Shown here in pieces: positions 31,786 through 44,936 of a stretch of DNA of 64,000 nt (its first letter is position 1; the number at the start of each line of letters is the position of its first letter). Location: the NCBI RefSeq assembly GCF_054482525.1, contig NZ_CM137006.1. One strand, written 5' to 3'. The position numbers and the translations under genes are program-made. Below the pieces are notes generated by a model. The model saw only the letters and a program-made list of their open reading frames with translations. It did no database searches and was not told the origin of the DNA.

Positions 31786-31830
31786 CAACTGAACTTAATT
31801 TTATAAATTAAGTTCAGTTAATATCTTTTC
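31786..31830 (+). terminator. AT-rich perfect inverted repeat followed by a T-run, downstream of the antitoxin gene
   Basis: AACTGAACTTAATTT-tat-AAATTAAGTTCAGTT (31786-31818), then aatatcttttctttcc. Confidence 0.5.
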
Positions 31831-31851
31831 TTTCCTCGTTTTAGAAATAAC

Positions 31852-34655
<2,804 letters not shown>

Positions 34656-34659
<4 letters not shown>

Positions 34660-35600
34660 GCGTGGGCTCCTTCATGACGACGAATGCGCGGGTCCAGCGC
34701 GGCGTTGAGCAAATCAACAATCAAATTACAGACCACAAAAACCACCACCATCATCAGCGTAAAGCACTGGATCACCGGATAGTCACGGTTAAAAATCGCC
34801 GATACCGCATAGCGCCCGACGCCCGGCCAGGCAAAGATGTTTTCGATAATCATCGTCCCGCCAATCAGTTCGCCAATGTGCATCCCCACGGCGGTGATCA
34901 TCGGCAGCGAGGCATTGCGCAGAATATGACGACGTTCGGTCTGTTTGTCGTTCAGGCCGCGTAGCCGCGCCCAGGTGACGTGACGCTGACCGGCGACGTC
35001 CAGCATACTGGCGCGCAGTAGCCGTGCATTAATCGCCAGCGACATAAAGGCAATGGAAACCGCAGGCAAAATGATGTGCTGCCAGCCGCCGTAGCCCATC
35101 GCGGGTAGCCATTGCAGATACACCGAAAACGCCATCACCAGTAAAAACGCCAGCCAGAAGTTGGGCATCGACACGCCGAGAAACGCGATGAAACGTACGG
35201 CGAAATCCGGCAGACGATCGCGATGGCGCGCCGCCCAGATACCGAGCGGTACGGAAGTGAGCAGAATTAACACCAGCGCGGCACCTGCAAGTTCCAGCGT
35301 GGCGGGCAGGAAGTTCAGCATATCGTCCAGCACCGGGCGTTGGCTGGCGAATGAGATACCAAAGTCAAGATGCAGCGCCTTCCACAACCAGGTGCCGTAC
35401 TGGACATACAGCGGCTGATCCAGCCCCAGCATGGTGCGGGTAGAAGCCAGCATCTCCGGCGTCGGCGGCAGGTTAGACAGACGCAGATAATCGAGCGCCG
35501 GGTCGCCGGTGCCGAGGCGCAGCATCAGAAAAATGATCACCGAGGCGGCGAGCACCATCGGGATCAGCAGCAGAAAGCGGCGTAATACGTAACGCAACAT
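34656..35600 (-). CDS. nikB: Nickel ABC transporter permease NikB
   Basis: 314 aa polytopic permease of the DppB/OppB type. Confidence 0.9.
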
Positions 35601-37174
35601 TAAGGTTTCACCGGTTTAATCTGTTCGAACGGAATTTCGGTGGCGATCGGCGCGTAGGGGATGTTACCCAGCTCCGGTTTTGATACCACCATCATTGAGA
35701 TGTAACTGATAGGCAGATAAACCGCCTCGTCATGCAGACGGGTCAGAATGTCGCGATACAGCGCCTGACGTTGCGTTTCGTCATGGGTCGCCAGCACTTC
35801 GCCGATCTCTTTATCAATCAGCGGCTTGTCGGCTAATCCTTGCTGTGCCTGGAAATCAGCGTGCGACGGTACGCGCATTGAACTCAGGAAGGCGTGTGGA
35901 TCGTATGGCGCGCCCCAGGTGCGATGGAAAATCATGCCAAAACGACCGTCGCGCTGACGAGCATAGATACTGCTCTCTTCTTCGCCAACCAGTGAGACAT
36001 CTGCGCCAATCTGGCGCATATCAGCCTGAATGATTTCCGCCATCGATTTGCTTAACGCATCGGTGCCGATGAACGACAGTTCAATGCGCAGCGGCTGACC
36101 ATTTTTCTCGCGGATGTCTTTGCCCGCAGGAAGCGTCCAACCGGCTTTTTCCAGCAACGCTTTCGCTTTCTGCGGATCGTACTGGCGCGGTTTCAGGCCG
36201 AGGTTGGCGTAGGGCACAGAAGGGGCAAACAGGGTGTCGGCGACCTGCTGGGTGCCATACAACGCGTTATCAATCAGCGATTTTTTGTTTACCGCGTAAT
36301 TAAGAGCTTCACGTACGGCCAGCTCGTTGGTGGGGGCTTTGGCGGTATTGAGTGCCAGCATCACGGTTTCGATCGGCTGTGACAGTTGGGTGTGGTAAGC
36401 CGGGTTCTGGCTAAAGCGGGCGAAGGTATCGAGCGGTAATAACCCTTCATTTCCGTACAGCAGGTCGATATCGCCAGTTTCAAACGCCACCGCGCGGGTA
36501 GTCGGGTCCGGGATCACGTTAAAGGTGATCTTTTTAATCGCTGGCTTTTCGCCCCAGTAGTTTTCGTTACGGACGAAGACATCGTACTGATTCAGTTTCG
36601 ATTCCTGTAAAACCCACGGCCCGGTGCCAATCGGCGCTTTAATTCCGTTCATGGTTTCGTGGTTTTTAAACTGCGAGGGGGCGATAAAACGGAAAGGACG
36701 GGGCAGGGCCAGTTCTTGCAGGAAAGGATAGTAGGCGCTTTTCAGGGTGATTTGCAGCTCGTTTTTACTGAGTGCTTTGACATCAACAATCTGGTTTGCC
36801 AGCTCCAGCCAGGCGTGACGTTGACGGTTATCGAGCACTGCGCGGAAGTTTTCTGCCGCCGCCTCTGCATCAAACGGTTCGCCGTTGGAGAATTTCACGT
36901 CATCACGCAGGGTGAAGGTCCAGGTTTTACCATCTTCTGAATGAGTCCAGCTTTTTGCCAGCCACGGGATCACCGAACCGTCTGCCTGATATTTCACCAA
37001 TGGTTCATAAACCATGCTCTGGGCGAACATCTGGTTAGGCGTGTAAAGGTGCGGGTTTAGTGGCCCGACATTCACCGGCCAGGCGGTGGTGATTTCATCT
37101 GGTGCAGCGGCATGGACGATAAAAGACGCACAAGCCAGCAGCGCAAATAGAGTGCGGCGGAGTGTGGAGAGCAT
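35600..37174 (-). CDS. nikA: Periplasmic nickel-binding protein NikA
   Basis: 524 aa with signal peptide [25 protein letters not shown]; first gene of nikABCDE-nikR. Confidence 0.95.
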
Positions 37175-37211
37175 GGTAACCCCAATGGATTAAAATAGAT
37201 GGCGGAAATAA

Positions 37212-37239
37212 GTATGACGATTTTAAGTATTCGTCATAC
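37212..37239 (-). promoter_or_regulatory. NikR operator in the nikA promoter
   Basis: GTATGA-N16-TCATAC dyad (GTATGAcgattttaagtattcgTCATAC) about 40 bp upstream of nikA. Confidence 0.8.
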
Positions 37240-37284
37240 TGATAACCTGTTCTGGATCAAAAGATGGACAGTCGGGTGGGCGGA

Positions 37285-37872
37285 TCAGTTAACTGAATCG
37301 ATCCATTGCACACTGTCGGCGGAGAGCGTAAAGGGGGTGGGAGTGCAGATCGCCAGGCTTAAATTATCAAGCTGGCAATGGCTGACCGACAGTGATGACT
37401 GATAGGTGCTGTCTACGCTGACGATTTGCCAGGCGCTGCCGCCACGTTGTTTAACGATGGCTTCTTTGCGTGTCCAGATGCGCCAGAACATTTCCAGTTG
37501 CTGATCAGGATGCACGGCGTCCATCTCAGCGTGTTCCCCGAGGCTGAACACCGCGTTCGCCAGCCAGCGCCAGTTGGCGCGCGGGCGAATCACTTCGATA
37601 TCGCAGCCGACTTCGCCTTCATCGCTCAACAGCAGGGCGATATCGTCACCGCTATGGCTTAAGTTGAACCATAGCGGCGTTTCCGGCGCGAATGCAGGTT
37701 TGCCTTGTTCGCCATAGATGATCTCCGGTAGCGGGGAAAGCGTGTGCGAAAGCAATGCACGCCCCGCCAGCCAGCGTTCGCGTCGTGGACCTTGCGGTGC
37801 TTGATCGCGTAAAGCCGGTGGCAGTGGAGCTGCGCTTAAGGTCGAAACTTTCCCCAGAACTATCCGATACAT
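37285..37872 (-). CDS. acpT: 4'-phosphopantetheinyl transferase AcpT
   Basis: Start refined to MYRIVLGKVSTL, giving 195 aa; PPTase motifs (GEQGKPAF, WTRKEAIVKQ); starts 2 nt after the upstream ketosynthase stop, so it is the last gene of the operon. Confidence 0.85.
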   Translation of the reverse strand: MYRIVLGKVSTLSAAPLPPALRDQAPQGPRRERWLAGRALLSHTLSPLPEIIYGEQGKPAFAPETPLWFNLSHSGDDIALLLSDEGEVGCDIEVIRPRANWRWLANAVFSLGEHAEMDAVHPDQQLEMFWRIWTRKEAIVKQRGGSAWQIVSVDSTYQSSLSVSHCQLDNLSLAICTPTPFTLSADSVQWIDSVN

Positions 37873-37873
37873 A

Positions 37874-39103
37874 TCAGGGCCAACGTTTAATGATGATGGA
37901 TGTATTAATGCCACCAAAGGCAAAGTTGTTACTCTGCAAAAACTCACAATCAACTTTGCGGGCTTCATGCATGATGTAATCCAGCGCGCCACAATTCGGG
38001 TCTGGTTTATTCAGGTTTAGCGTAGGCGCAAACCAACCTTCGCGCATCATTTGCAGACTCATCCAGGCTTCGAGCGCGCCACAGGCACCAAGCGTATGAC
38101 CAAAATAACTTTTCAGCGAGGAGAGCGGCACATTATCACCGTAAATGGTTGCTGTCGCCAGACTTTCTGCCATATCACCGCGATCGGTCGCCGTACCATG
38201 CGCTGAAATATAGCCGATATCTTGTGCGCTTAACCCGGCGATTTTCAGCGATTGCTCCATACAATACTGCATGGTTTCGCGCTGCGGCTGGGTAATATGT
38301 GCCGCGTCGCAGTTAGTCGCAAAGCCGACGATTTCACCGTAAATGGTCGCGCCGCGCGCTTTGGCGTGCTCCAGTTCTTCGAGAATGAGCGTACCTGCGC
38401 CTTCACCAATCACCAGCCCGTCGCGGTTTTCATCGAACGGTGAAGGTGTGGTTTTCGGCGCATCATTGTGCTGGCTGGTGGCGAAAAGCGTATCAAATAC
38501 CGCTGCTTCTGAAGGGCATAACTCTTCGGCACCACCAGCAACCATCACCGTTTGATAACCGTGGCGAATGGCTTCCCACGCATAACCGATTGCCTGGCTG
38601 CCGGAGGTACAGGCGCTGGAGGTTGGAATCACCCGCCCGCGCAGGCCGAAAAAGAGGCCAGTATTAACGGCGGTGGTGTGTGGCATCATCTGCACATAGG
38701 TGGTGCCAGTGATGTTGTTCGTGTGCTTTTCCGTCAGCATGGTGGCGAACTCGCTCACCGGGCCGGTACTGCCGGTCGATGAACCGTACGCAATGCCCGT
38801 TTCGCCGCTGGTTAATATCGGATCGCCAATCAACCCTGCCTGCTCTAATGCCAGCTCTGTCGCACGGGTCGACATTTGCGACACGCGGCCCATCGCACGG
38901 ATACGCTTGCGGGTGTAATGCTCCGGCAGCGTAAAATCATCAACAGGCGCGCCAAGCAGGGTGTGCAGACCATCGTAGACCTGCCACTCCGGCATTTTGC
39001 GCACTGCATTCTCATACGCCAGCAGACGCGCGGAAACGTCCTGCCAGTTTTCACCAAAGGCAGTCACGCCGCCCATTCCTGTAATCACTACGCGACGTGT
39101 CAT
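37874..39103 (-). CDS. apeR: Beta-ketoacyl-ACP synthase (FabB/FabF-like), APE cluster, ApeR position
   Basis: 409 aa; active-site context IPTSSACTSGSQAIG and C-terminal HTLGACG. Confidence 0.8.
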   Translation of the reverse strand: MTRRVVITGMGGVTAFGENWQDVSARLLAYENAVRKMPEWQVYDGLHTLLGAPVDDFTLPEHYTRKRIRAMGRVSQMSTRATELALEQAGLIGDPILTSGETGIAYGSSTGSTGPVSEFATMLTEKHTNNITGTTYVQMMPHTTAVNTGLFFGLRGRVIPTSSACTSGSQAIGYAWEAIRHGYQTVMVAGGAEELCPSEAAVFDTLFATSQHNDAPKTTPSPFDENRDGLVIGEGAGTLILEELEHAKARGATIYGEIVGFATNCDAAHITQPQRETMQYCMEQSLKIAGLSAQDIGYISAHGTATDRGDMAESLATATIYGDNVPLSSLKSYFGHTLGACGALEAWMSLQMMREGWFAPTLNLNKPDPNCGALDYIMHEARKVDCEFLQSNNFAFGGINTSIIIKRWP

Positions 39104-39831
39104 AACATCCCTCCGTTGATGGAAATAACCTGGCGGGTGACGTAACCCGCAATATCAGACATTAAATAGCTGGCAAGCCCGGCAACTTCTTCCGCCTGGC
39201 CCATGCGTTTCATGGGGATCATCGACATTGCCTCTTTCAGAGCGCTCTCTTCCATTTCGATCATCCCGGTATCAATAAGCCCCGGCGCGATGCAGTTGAC
39301 GGTGATTTTGCGCTTCGCGAGTTCGATAGCCAGTGCTTTTGTTGCGCCGATAATTCCGGCTTTGGCAGCGCTGTAGTTCACCTGTCCGCGATTGCCCATC
39401 ACGCCGGAAACCGAGGACAGCGTGATGATTCGTCCACCCTGGCGTGCGCCGATCATCGGCATAATGCACGGCTGAATGACGTTGTAGAAACTGTCGAGGT
39501 TGGTGTGGATCACCGCATCCCAGTCGTCATCGCTTAAAGCCGGAAAAGCGGCATCGCGGGCGATCCCGGCGTTACTAACCACGCCGTACCAGGCACCGTG
39601 TTGCGCGATCTCGTGCTCCAGCACTTCCCGACACTGTTCGCGGTTTGCGACGTCGAAACTGAGCAAACGCCCGTTACCACCGTTAGCGACAATGGCATTC
39701 AGCGTTTCCTGAGCGCCTGCGGCGTCACGGTGATAGTGAACGCCAATGTTAAAACCGTCTGCCGCCAATTGGCAGGCGATGGCGCGACCAATGCCTTTGC
39801 TGGCACCAGTAACCAGAACTGAACGACTCAT
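39100..39831 (-). CDS. apeQ: 3-oxoacyl-ACP reductase (SDR, FabG-like), ApeQ position
   Basis: 243 aa; Rossmann motif TGASKGIGRAIA and catalytic YSAAK. Confidence 0.85.
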   Translation of the reverse strand: MSRSVLVTGASKGIGRAIACQLAADGFNIGVHYHRDAAGAQETLNAIVANGGNGRLLSFDVANREQCREVLEHEIAQHGAWYGVVSNAGIARDAAFPALSDDDWDAVIHTNLDSFYNVIQPCIMPMIGARQGGRIITLSSVSGVMGNRGQVNYSAAKAGIIGATKALAIELAKRKITVNCIAPGLIDTGMIEMEESALKEAMSMIPMKRMGQAEEVAGLASYLMSDIAGYVTRQVISINGGML

Positions 39832-40295
39832 CAGGACGCTCCTTGTTGAAACAGGGTGGTAAGTTCTTCCGCGGTCGGCTGGAAGGTGTTAATGCGGCCC
39901 GTTGCTTCGCCGTCGTTGATACTGCACTCAAAACTGCCGAAGCGATCGTCTTGCATCAGGAGTTTGACGGTAATGGTCAGCGTCTGGCCTGCGGGCAGAA
40001 TGCCAGCGGCGCAAAGCAATTCACGTGCGCCCAGTACCATCCCTAACTCAATACTGTTTTTGCCCTGCTGGTGGCGATGCCAGCCAGACCAGACGCCGAC
40101 GGTTTGCGCCATCAATTCAAGGGCAAACCAGCCAGGGAGATTGCCGTCCGGGTCGAGAAACGGTGCCAGTACGCCACTGGGCGAAACCGTCACGCGGCAC
40201 ACCGCGCTGTCATCGCTGACGCTCACCACGTCTTCCAGCAGTAACATGGGCGCGTCGTGGGGCAGATAAGCGCCGGGGGATAAATAGTGGCTCAC
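39831..40295 (-). CDS. apeP: Hotdog-fold 3-hydroxyacyl-ACP dehydratase (FabA/FabZ-like), ApeP position
   Basis: 154 aa; LPHDAPMLLLEDVV... typical of FabA/FabZ-like dehydratases; overlaps both neighbours. Confidence 0.7.
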   Translation of the reverse strand: MSHYLSPGAYLPHDAPMLLLEDVVSVSDDSAVCRVTVSPSGVLAPFLDPDGNLPGWFALELMAQTVGVWSGWHRHQQGKNSIELGMVLGARELLCAAGILPAGQTLTITVKLLMQDDRFGSFECSINDGEATGRINTFQPTAEELTTLFQQGAS

Positions 40296-41470
40296 GAAAC
40301 CCTCCCGAGCAGAATGCTGGCGTTATTGCCGCCAAAGGCGAAGGAATTGGACAGGATCACCGGACGTGCCAGCGGCTGTGGTTGTTCGATAATGCCGCAC
40401 GGTGGCAGCGTGGGATCGCGCGGCGACAGGCTGAAGTCCTGAGCGAGCAGCGGTAAATCACGCTGTAAAATCAACATGCTGATTGCCGCCTCGGTAATGC
40501 CCGCCGCGCCCAGCGTGTGTCCGGTCAAATGTTTGGTGGAACTGCAAGGTACGCGTTCGCCAAACAGGGCGTTAACCACCATCGATTCAATCTGGTCGTT
40601 GAGTTGTGTGGCGGTACCGTGCAGGTTGATATAGCCGACGTCATCTGGCGTAAGCTGCGCATCGGTCAGCGCCTGGTTAATGGCGCGGATCGCCCCTTCG
40701 CCCTGCGGATGCGGGGCCGAAATATGGTAAGCGTCGCTCGATTCACCAACGCCCAGTAACGCGATGGGCTGCGGTTCACGGGTTAATAACATCAGTCCCG
40801 CCCCTTCGCCAATGGTGATACCTGCGCGGTCACGACCAAACGGCTGACATAAGGTGGGCGAGAGCGATTCGAGGCTGTGAAAACCGTTAATCGGCATCCG
40901 GCTCAGAGTATCTGCGCCACCCACAATGGCGGCATCGACCAGCCCCGCTTCGATAAGCCTGCGCCCGCTGATCATCGCTCTGGCGCTGGAAGAGCAAGCG
41001 GTTGAAAGGGTATAAGCCGGGCCATCGAGCGCCAGCCAGTGGCTGAGAAAGCGCGACGGATCGCCAAGTTCCTGTTGCGCGTAGTGCCATGTGGTGCTCG
41101 GCTGTCCGTTGGTGCGCAGGTTAACGTGCGTGTCGCCCTCATGCAGGCCGGAGGTGCTGGTGCCAAGTACAATCGCGATGCGCTCGTGACCATATTTCGC
41201 GATAGCGTCATCAACCTGCGGCTGGATCTGCGCCAGCGCCGCCAGCAGGATCTGATTGTTGCGCGAGCGGTGCGCAGCGAATTTTTCGGGGATAAGCGGA
41301 AGCTCGCCATCCACGCCAGCCAGGACCGCCTGCGGATGCCCCTGCAACCAGCCTGCGCGCGGACGCATGCCGGGAGCGACACCGCGAGTCAGGTTGGCTG
41401 CGATCTCATCAAGGTTATTTCCCAGGGCGTTGATCATGCCGACGGCGGAAATATAAATCATATCAGTCAC
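40292..41470 (-). CDS. apeO: Beta-ketoacyl-ACP synthase, ApeO position
   Basis: 392 aa; active-site Cys context YTLSTACSSSARAM; HLTGHTLGAAG near the C-terminus. Confidence 0.8.
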   Translation of the reverse strand: MTDMIYISAVGMINALGNNLDEIAANLTRGVAPGMRPRAGWLQGHPQAVLAGVDGELPLIPEKFAAHRSRNNQILLAALAQIQPQVDDAIAKYGHERIAIVLGTSTSGLHEGDTHVNLRTNGQPSTTWHYAQQELGDPSRFLSHWLALDGPAYTLSTACSSSARAMISGRRLIEAGLVDAAIVGGADTLSRMPINGFHSLESLSPTLCQPFGRDRAGITIGEGAGLMLLTREPQPIALLGVGESSDAYHISAPHPQGEGAIRAINQALTDAQLTPDDVGYINLHGTATQLNDQIESMVVNALFGERVPCSSTKHLTGHTLGAAGITEAAISMLILQRDLPLLAQDFSLSPRDPTLPPCGIIEQPQPLARPVILSNSFAFGGNNASILLGRVS

Positions 41471-42047
41471 CTAAGTATTGAATGGTGATGTGGTATTTAA
41501 AGACATGCTGCTCAATGCTGATTGGCACGCGTTTGCCCTTGCGATTCAAATAGGTGATTTCCGTGACCAGCTTGCCGCTGGCGTTACGCAGCTCGCGTTT
41601 GTCACCGTTGTCGCGAAGTGTCCAGCCAGTGGGAAGTTGCGGCTGCCAGGCGCTAATCGGCCAGTGGCTGAGCATCACGTCAGCCAGTACCTGACTTGCG
41701 GGCGGTAACTGTGGGACGACGATCGATTGCTCGGCGCGTAGCCCTTGCGCATCGTAGGTCACCAGAAACAGGCGAATGCCGACCGACGACAGTCCGGCAA
41801 GGGTGATTTTCTGGTCGTCGGCGTTAAGCATCACTAGCAGCGACTGGGTTTTGCCGTTGAAGCTGCCGGTCAACAGTTGCTGGGAATTGACGGCGGGTGA
41901 AATCCCCGGCGCAGGCAGCGTGATGCGCGTGCCAGGTTGCAGCCACGCTTGCGGGCGGCCTTCCTGTTCTGGTTGCGAGTGGCTACAGCCGGTGAGGATA
42001 AGCGTAGCGGTCAGGGCGAACGCTCGCCAGAATGTGGGTTTGATCAT
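41463..42047 (-). CDS. apeN: Lipoprotein (DUF3261-like), ApeN position
   Basis: 194 aa with lipoprotein signal peptide MIKPTFWRAFALTATLILTGC. Confidence 0.65.
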   Translation of the reverse strand: MIKPTFWRAFALTATLILTGCSHSQPEQEGRPQAWLQPGTRITLPAPGISPAVNSQQLLTGSFNGKTQSLLVMLNADDQKITLAGLSSVGIRLFLVTYDAQGLRAEQSIVVPQLPPASQVLADVMLSHWPISAWQPQLPTGWTLRDNGDKRELRNASGKLVTEITYLNRKGKRVPISIEQHVFKYHITIQYLGD

Positions 42048-44362
42048 TTTTTTGTTCTCTTTTTATCGGGCATGGCCAGCGGCGAAAGCAGGAAGGCGGT
42101 GAAAATACCGCTCACCAGCACAATGCCAAAACTGCTGATGGCCTGGGTGGCGCTGAATACCAGCATTCCCAGCGTCAGCAAGGTGGTGAGCATTGCCAGC
42201 GTGATCGCCAGTAGCGAAGTTAATGGTGTGCCGCGCGGATTACTGAAAAACAGCGTGTAGTTGATGCCGATGCCAAGCACCAGTACCAGCGCCAGCAGCG
42301 AAAAGAGATTCACCGCCTGCCCGCTCATCGCCAGCACCGCCAGACCGCAGCCCAGTGAAAGCACCGAAGGCACCAGGCTGATAAACCCTTTGCGCCAGCC
42401 GAGGCGGGCCACTGCGCCGCAGGCAATTACTGCCAGCGCCACCAGCAACAAGCCGGTTAACACATAACGGTAAAGTGCGAACAATTCATCAAAGGTGTTT
42501 TTGCGATCAACCCAGGCAATGCCACAAGGGTAATAGCTGGAGATTTCCTGTAGCGCCGCGCTATTTTTAACCCCTTCAACCGGCACCAGCACGCCGCTTG
42601 CGCCATTTTCCAGCGTCAGCCACAGCAGACGCCAGCCTTCACTGGCGGGGCTTGCCAGCCATTCATCAACCTTCACTGGCATGGCGTTAAGATCCGGGTT
42701 CACCGCCGTCAGCCCGGCATTTTGCAGTGCTTTTGTTACCGTCGGGGCAGCCGTTTTCAGCAGGTCTAAATCTTCCTCCTGCCGCGCCAGGGAGTTCAGC
42801 GGAATGGTGCGGTAGTTGCTGATAAGGCCGTCTTTTTTCGCTTTCTCCAGCGAGGTGGTAAATGTCTCCAGCCGTCCCAAGGTTTGCTGTGACGAATCGC
42901 CGTAAACCACAAACCATTTTTGATCGACGCTTTGTCCGGTCAGGGCGGTGATGGCTTTCTCCTGCGCCAGAATATGCTGCGGTAGCGCCTGTAACTGCGA
43001 GATATCGTCATCGACGCACAGCATTGACATCCCCGCCAGCGAAAACAGCGCCAGCGCGACGGGCAGACCCCGCGACAGTTTTTTATTACGCCGCCACGCT
43101 GCCAGCCAGCGCAGCATCAGCGCCATCGCTGGAACCGGACGCACCGGCAGGCCACGGCACAGCCACGGATGCCAGAACAGGACGGTCAGACAGGAGGCGC
43201 TCAACCCGACGGCGGCAAAAATCGCCATCTGGCGAATGCCGGGGAAGGGGGCGAGCATCATAATCAGATACGCCGCCACGGTGGTGAGCAGCGCCAGCAG
43301 CAGGGCATTGCGCACTTTCGCCAGGCTTTGCCACGGCGAAACGTCATTGCCGTGCACCATCCGCTCGGTGAGGTAATAGAGCGTGTAGTCAGCGGAAATG
43401 CCGATAACGCTCATGCTCATCACCAGCGTCATCAGGTGTAATTCGCCGAAAATCAACAAGGTGGCGACCGTTCCCGCCAGCGCGCCGATGCCGATGGAAA
43501 TCACACACATCAGCAACGGGCGCAAAGAGCGGAACACCGCCACAATCAGCAATATCACCCCCAGCAGCGTTGCCACGCCCAGGGTGGAGATATCCTGCTT
43601 CGCCTGTTGGCTGGCGTAATCGCTGTAAAACACCGTGCCGCGTGAGAGCAACTGAGCCTGCGGGTAACGCGTTTTCAGATCCTTTTCCAGCGTATTCAGG
43701 GTCGTGATGAGCTGGTGGGTTTGCTGCATATCAAACGACGATCCCGCCAGTTCGCCGTGCAGCAGATACCAGTAGTTGCCCTGGGGATCCTGCGTCACCA
43801 GCCAGCCGTCCATCAGCCGCAAACGCTGGCCGTTTTTCGCCATCGCCAGCTGCGAGCCACGCATTAACATCAGCGGATCGTTTTGCAGCTCCTTACCGCT
43901 TACCCCGGAGAACGCAGAATAAAGCTGGGAGAGGATCCACTGCGCCTGCGCTTCGCCGCCGTTTTGCAGGCGCGCGCGGGTGTCGGGGTCAATCAGACCG
44001 TTGCGATGCTGCCAGAAAAACGCTCCCCACGCCTGCTGGCTGGCGGCATCCATTGGCCCTTTAACGTCGCCGAGCGCAGCGGATTTTTGCAGCAGCGTCA
44101 GCCACTCCTGAGCGACCCTGGGATTAGCCTCTTTACCGGGGCTGACCAGCCACACCAGTTGGCGGTCCAGACGCTGCATAAAGCCGTCATTCAGCGCTGG
44201 GGGAATATCGCCCATCGCCTGTTTGGGTAACATAGCCAGTACGCTACTGTTCAGTCGTGATTGCGGCAACAGGATCAGCAACGCCGCCGCCATGACCAGG
44301 CAGACGATCCCCCATAACAGCGCCGGGCGTTTACTGGGCGGCAAAACGTTGGCGTTCGTCAT
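42044..44362 (-). CDS. apeM: MMPL/RND-superfamily membrane exporter, ApeM position
   Basis: 772 aa with two blocks of TM helices separated by soluble domains. Confidence 0.75.
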   Translation of the reverse strand: MTNANVLPPSKRPALLWGIVCLVMAAALLILLPQSRLNSSVLAMLPKQAMGDIPPALNDGFMQRLDRQLVWLVSPGKEANPRVAQEWLTLLQKSAALGDVKGPMDAASQQAWGAFFWQHRNGLIDPDTRARLQNGGEAQAQWILSQLYSAFSGVSGKELQNDPLMLMRGSQLAMAKNGQRLRLMDGWLVTQDPQGNYWYLLHGELAGSSFDMQQTHQLITTLNTLEKDLKTRYPQAQLLSRGTVFYSDYASQQAKQDISTLGVATLLGVILLIVAVFRSLRPLLMCVISIGIGALAGTVATLLIFGELHLMTLVMSMSVIGISADYTLYYLTERMVHGNDVSPWQSLAKVRNALLLALLTTVAAYLIMMLAPFPGIRQMAIFAAVGLSASCLTVLFWHPWLCRGLPVRPVPAMALMLRWLAAWRRNKKLSRGLPVALALFSLAGMSMLCVDDDISQLQALPQHILAQEKAITALTGQSVDQKWFVVYGDSSQQTLGRLETFTTSLEKAKKDGLISNYRTIPLNSLARQEEDLDLLKTAAPTVTKALQNAGLTAVNPDLNAMPVKVDEWLASPASEGWRLLWLTLENGASGVLVPVEGVKNSAALQEISSYYPCGIAWVDRKNTFDELFALYRYVLTGLLLVALAVIACGAVARLGWRKGFISLVPSVLSLGCGLAVLAMSGQAVNLFSLLALVLVLGIGINYTLFFSNPRGTPLTSLLAITLAMLTTLLTLGMLVFSATQAISSFGIVLVSGIFTAFLLSPLAMPDKKRTKK

Positions 44363-44936
44363 CGGTCAGTTGCGCTGGCGTCAGTTGATGTTGGGTAAGA
44401 GCGATATCGGTGCGATCGCCCTGTTTATCATTAAGCTGAATGCTCTCCAGATAGGTTTGCCCGGCGAGATCGATGGTGTTGAAAATTTTATCCAGCGGCG
44501 TGGTGGTCGGCGTCAGGCGCAGTGTCCAGCGGCCTTCGCCTTTGTCAGCAAATTCGACGCGGAAGTTTTGTTCCAGCACTTTGCGATCGGCCTGGAACAG
44601 CGCGCGCAGCAGGTGGTTAAACTGGAACATCTGCGGGTTATTTTCTGCCGTGATAATTTGCGGCGGCTGACCGTTGATCACCTGCACCATGCGTTTATCG
44701 TCCAGCAATAGTTGCATGGGGAACGGTGAGGTTTGATCCCACAACAGCCCCTGGTCGCGGGCGATCAACATCTGGCCCTGAGATCGTAGCGGCTGCGGCA
44801 GATCTTTAATCGTCCGGGTTTGATCGAAATGGGCGCGGATCACTGGCTGTTCGGTAAAGCGTTGCTGAAGATCGTCCAGGTTCAGGGCGCTCACAAACGG
44901 GCTAATCAGCAGCGCCAGCAGCGGTAAAAATTTCAT
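44331..44936 (-). CDS. apeL: LolA-like outer-membrane lipoprotein carrier protein, ApeL position
   Basis: 201 aa with signal peptide MKFLPLLALLISPFVSALNLDDL; ATGA overlap with the upstream gene. Confidence 0.65.
   Translation of the reverse strand: MKFLPLLALLISPFVSALNLDDLQQRFTEQPVIRAHFDQTRTIKDLPQPLRSQGQMLIARDQGLLWDQTSPFPMQLLLDDKRMVQVINGQPPQIITAENNPQMFQFNHLLRALFQADRKVLEQNFRVEFADKGEGRWTLRLTPTTTPLDKIFNTIDLAGQTYLESIQLNDKQGDRTDIALTQHQLTPAQLTDDERQRFAAQ

Noticed and set aside
31029-31851. Expected Rhs element between nikR and yhhJ
   Set aside because: No long Rhs-type ORF or YD-repeat sequence is present; the interval holds only the small two-gene TA-like module.
37240-37284. FNR site upstream of nikA
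   Set aside because: Only a single TTGAT half-site with a poor partner was visible; not enough to annotate.
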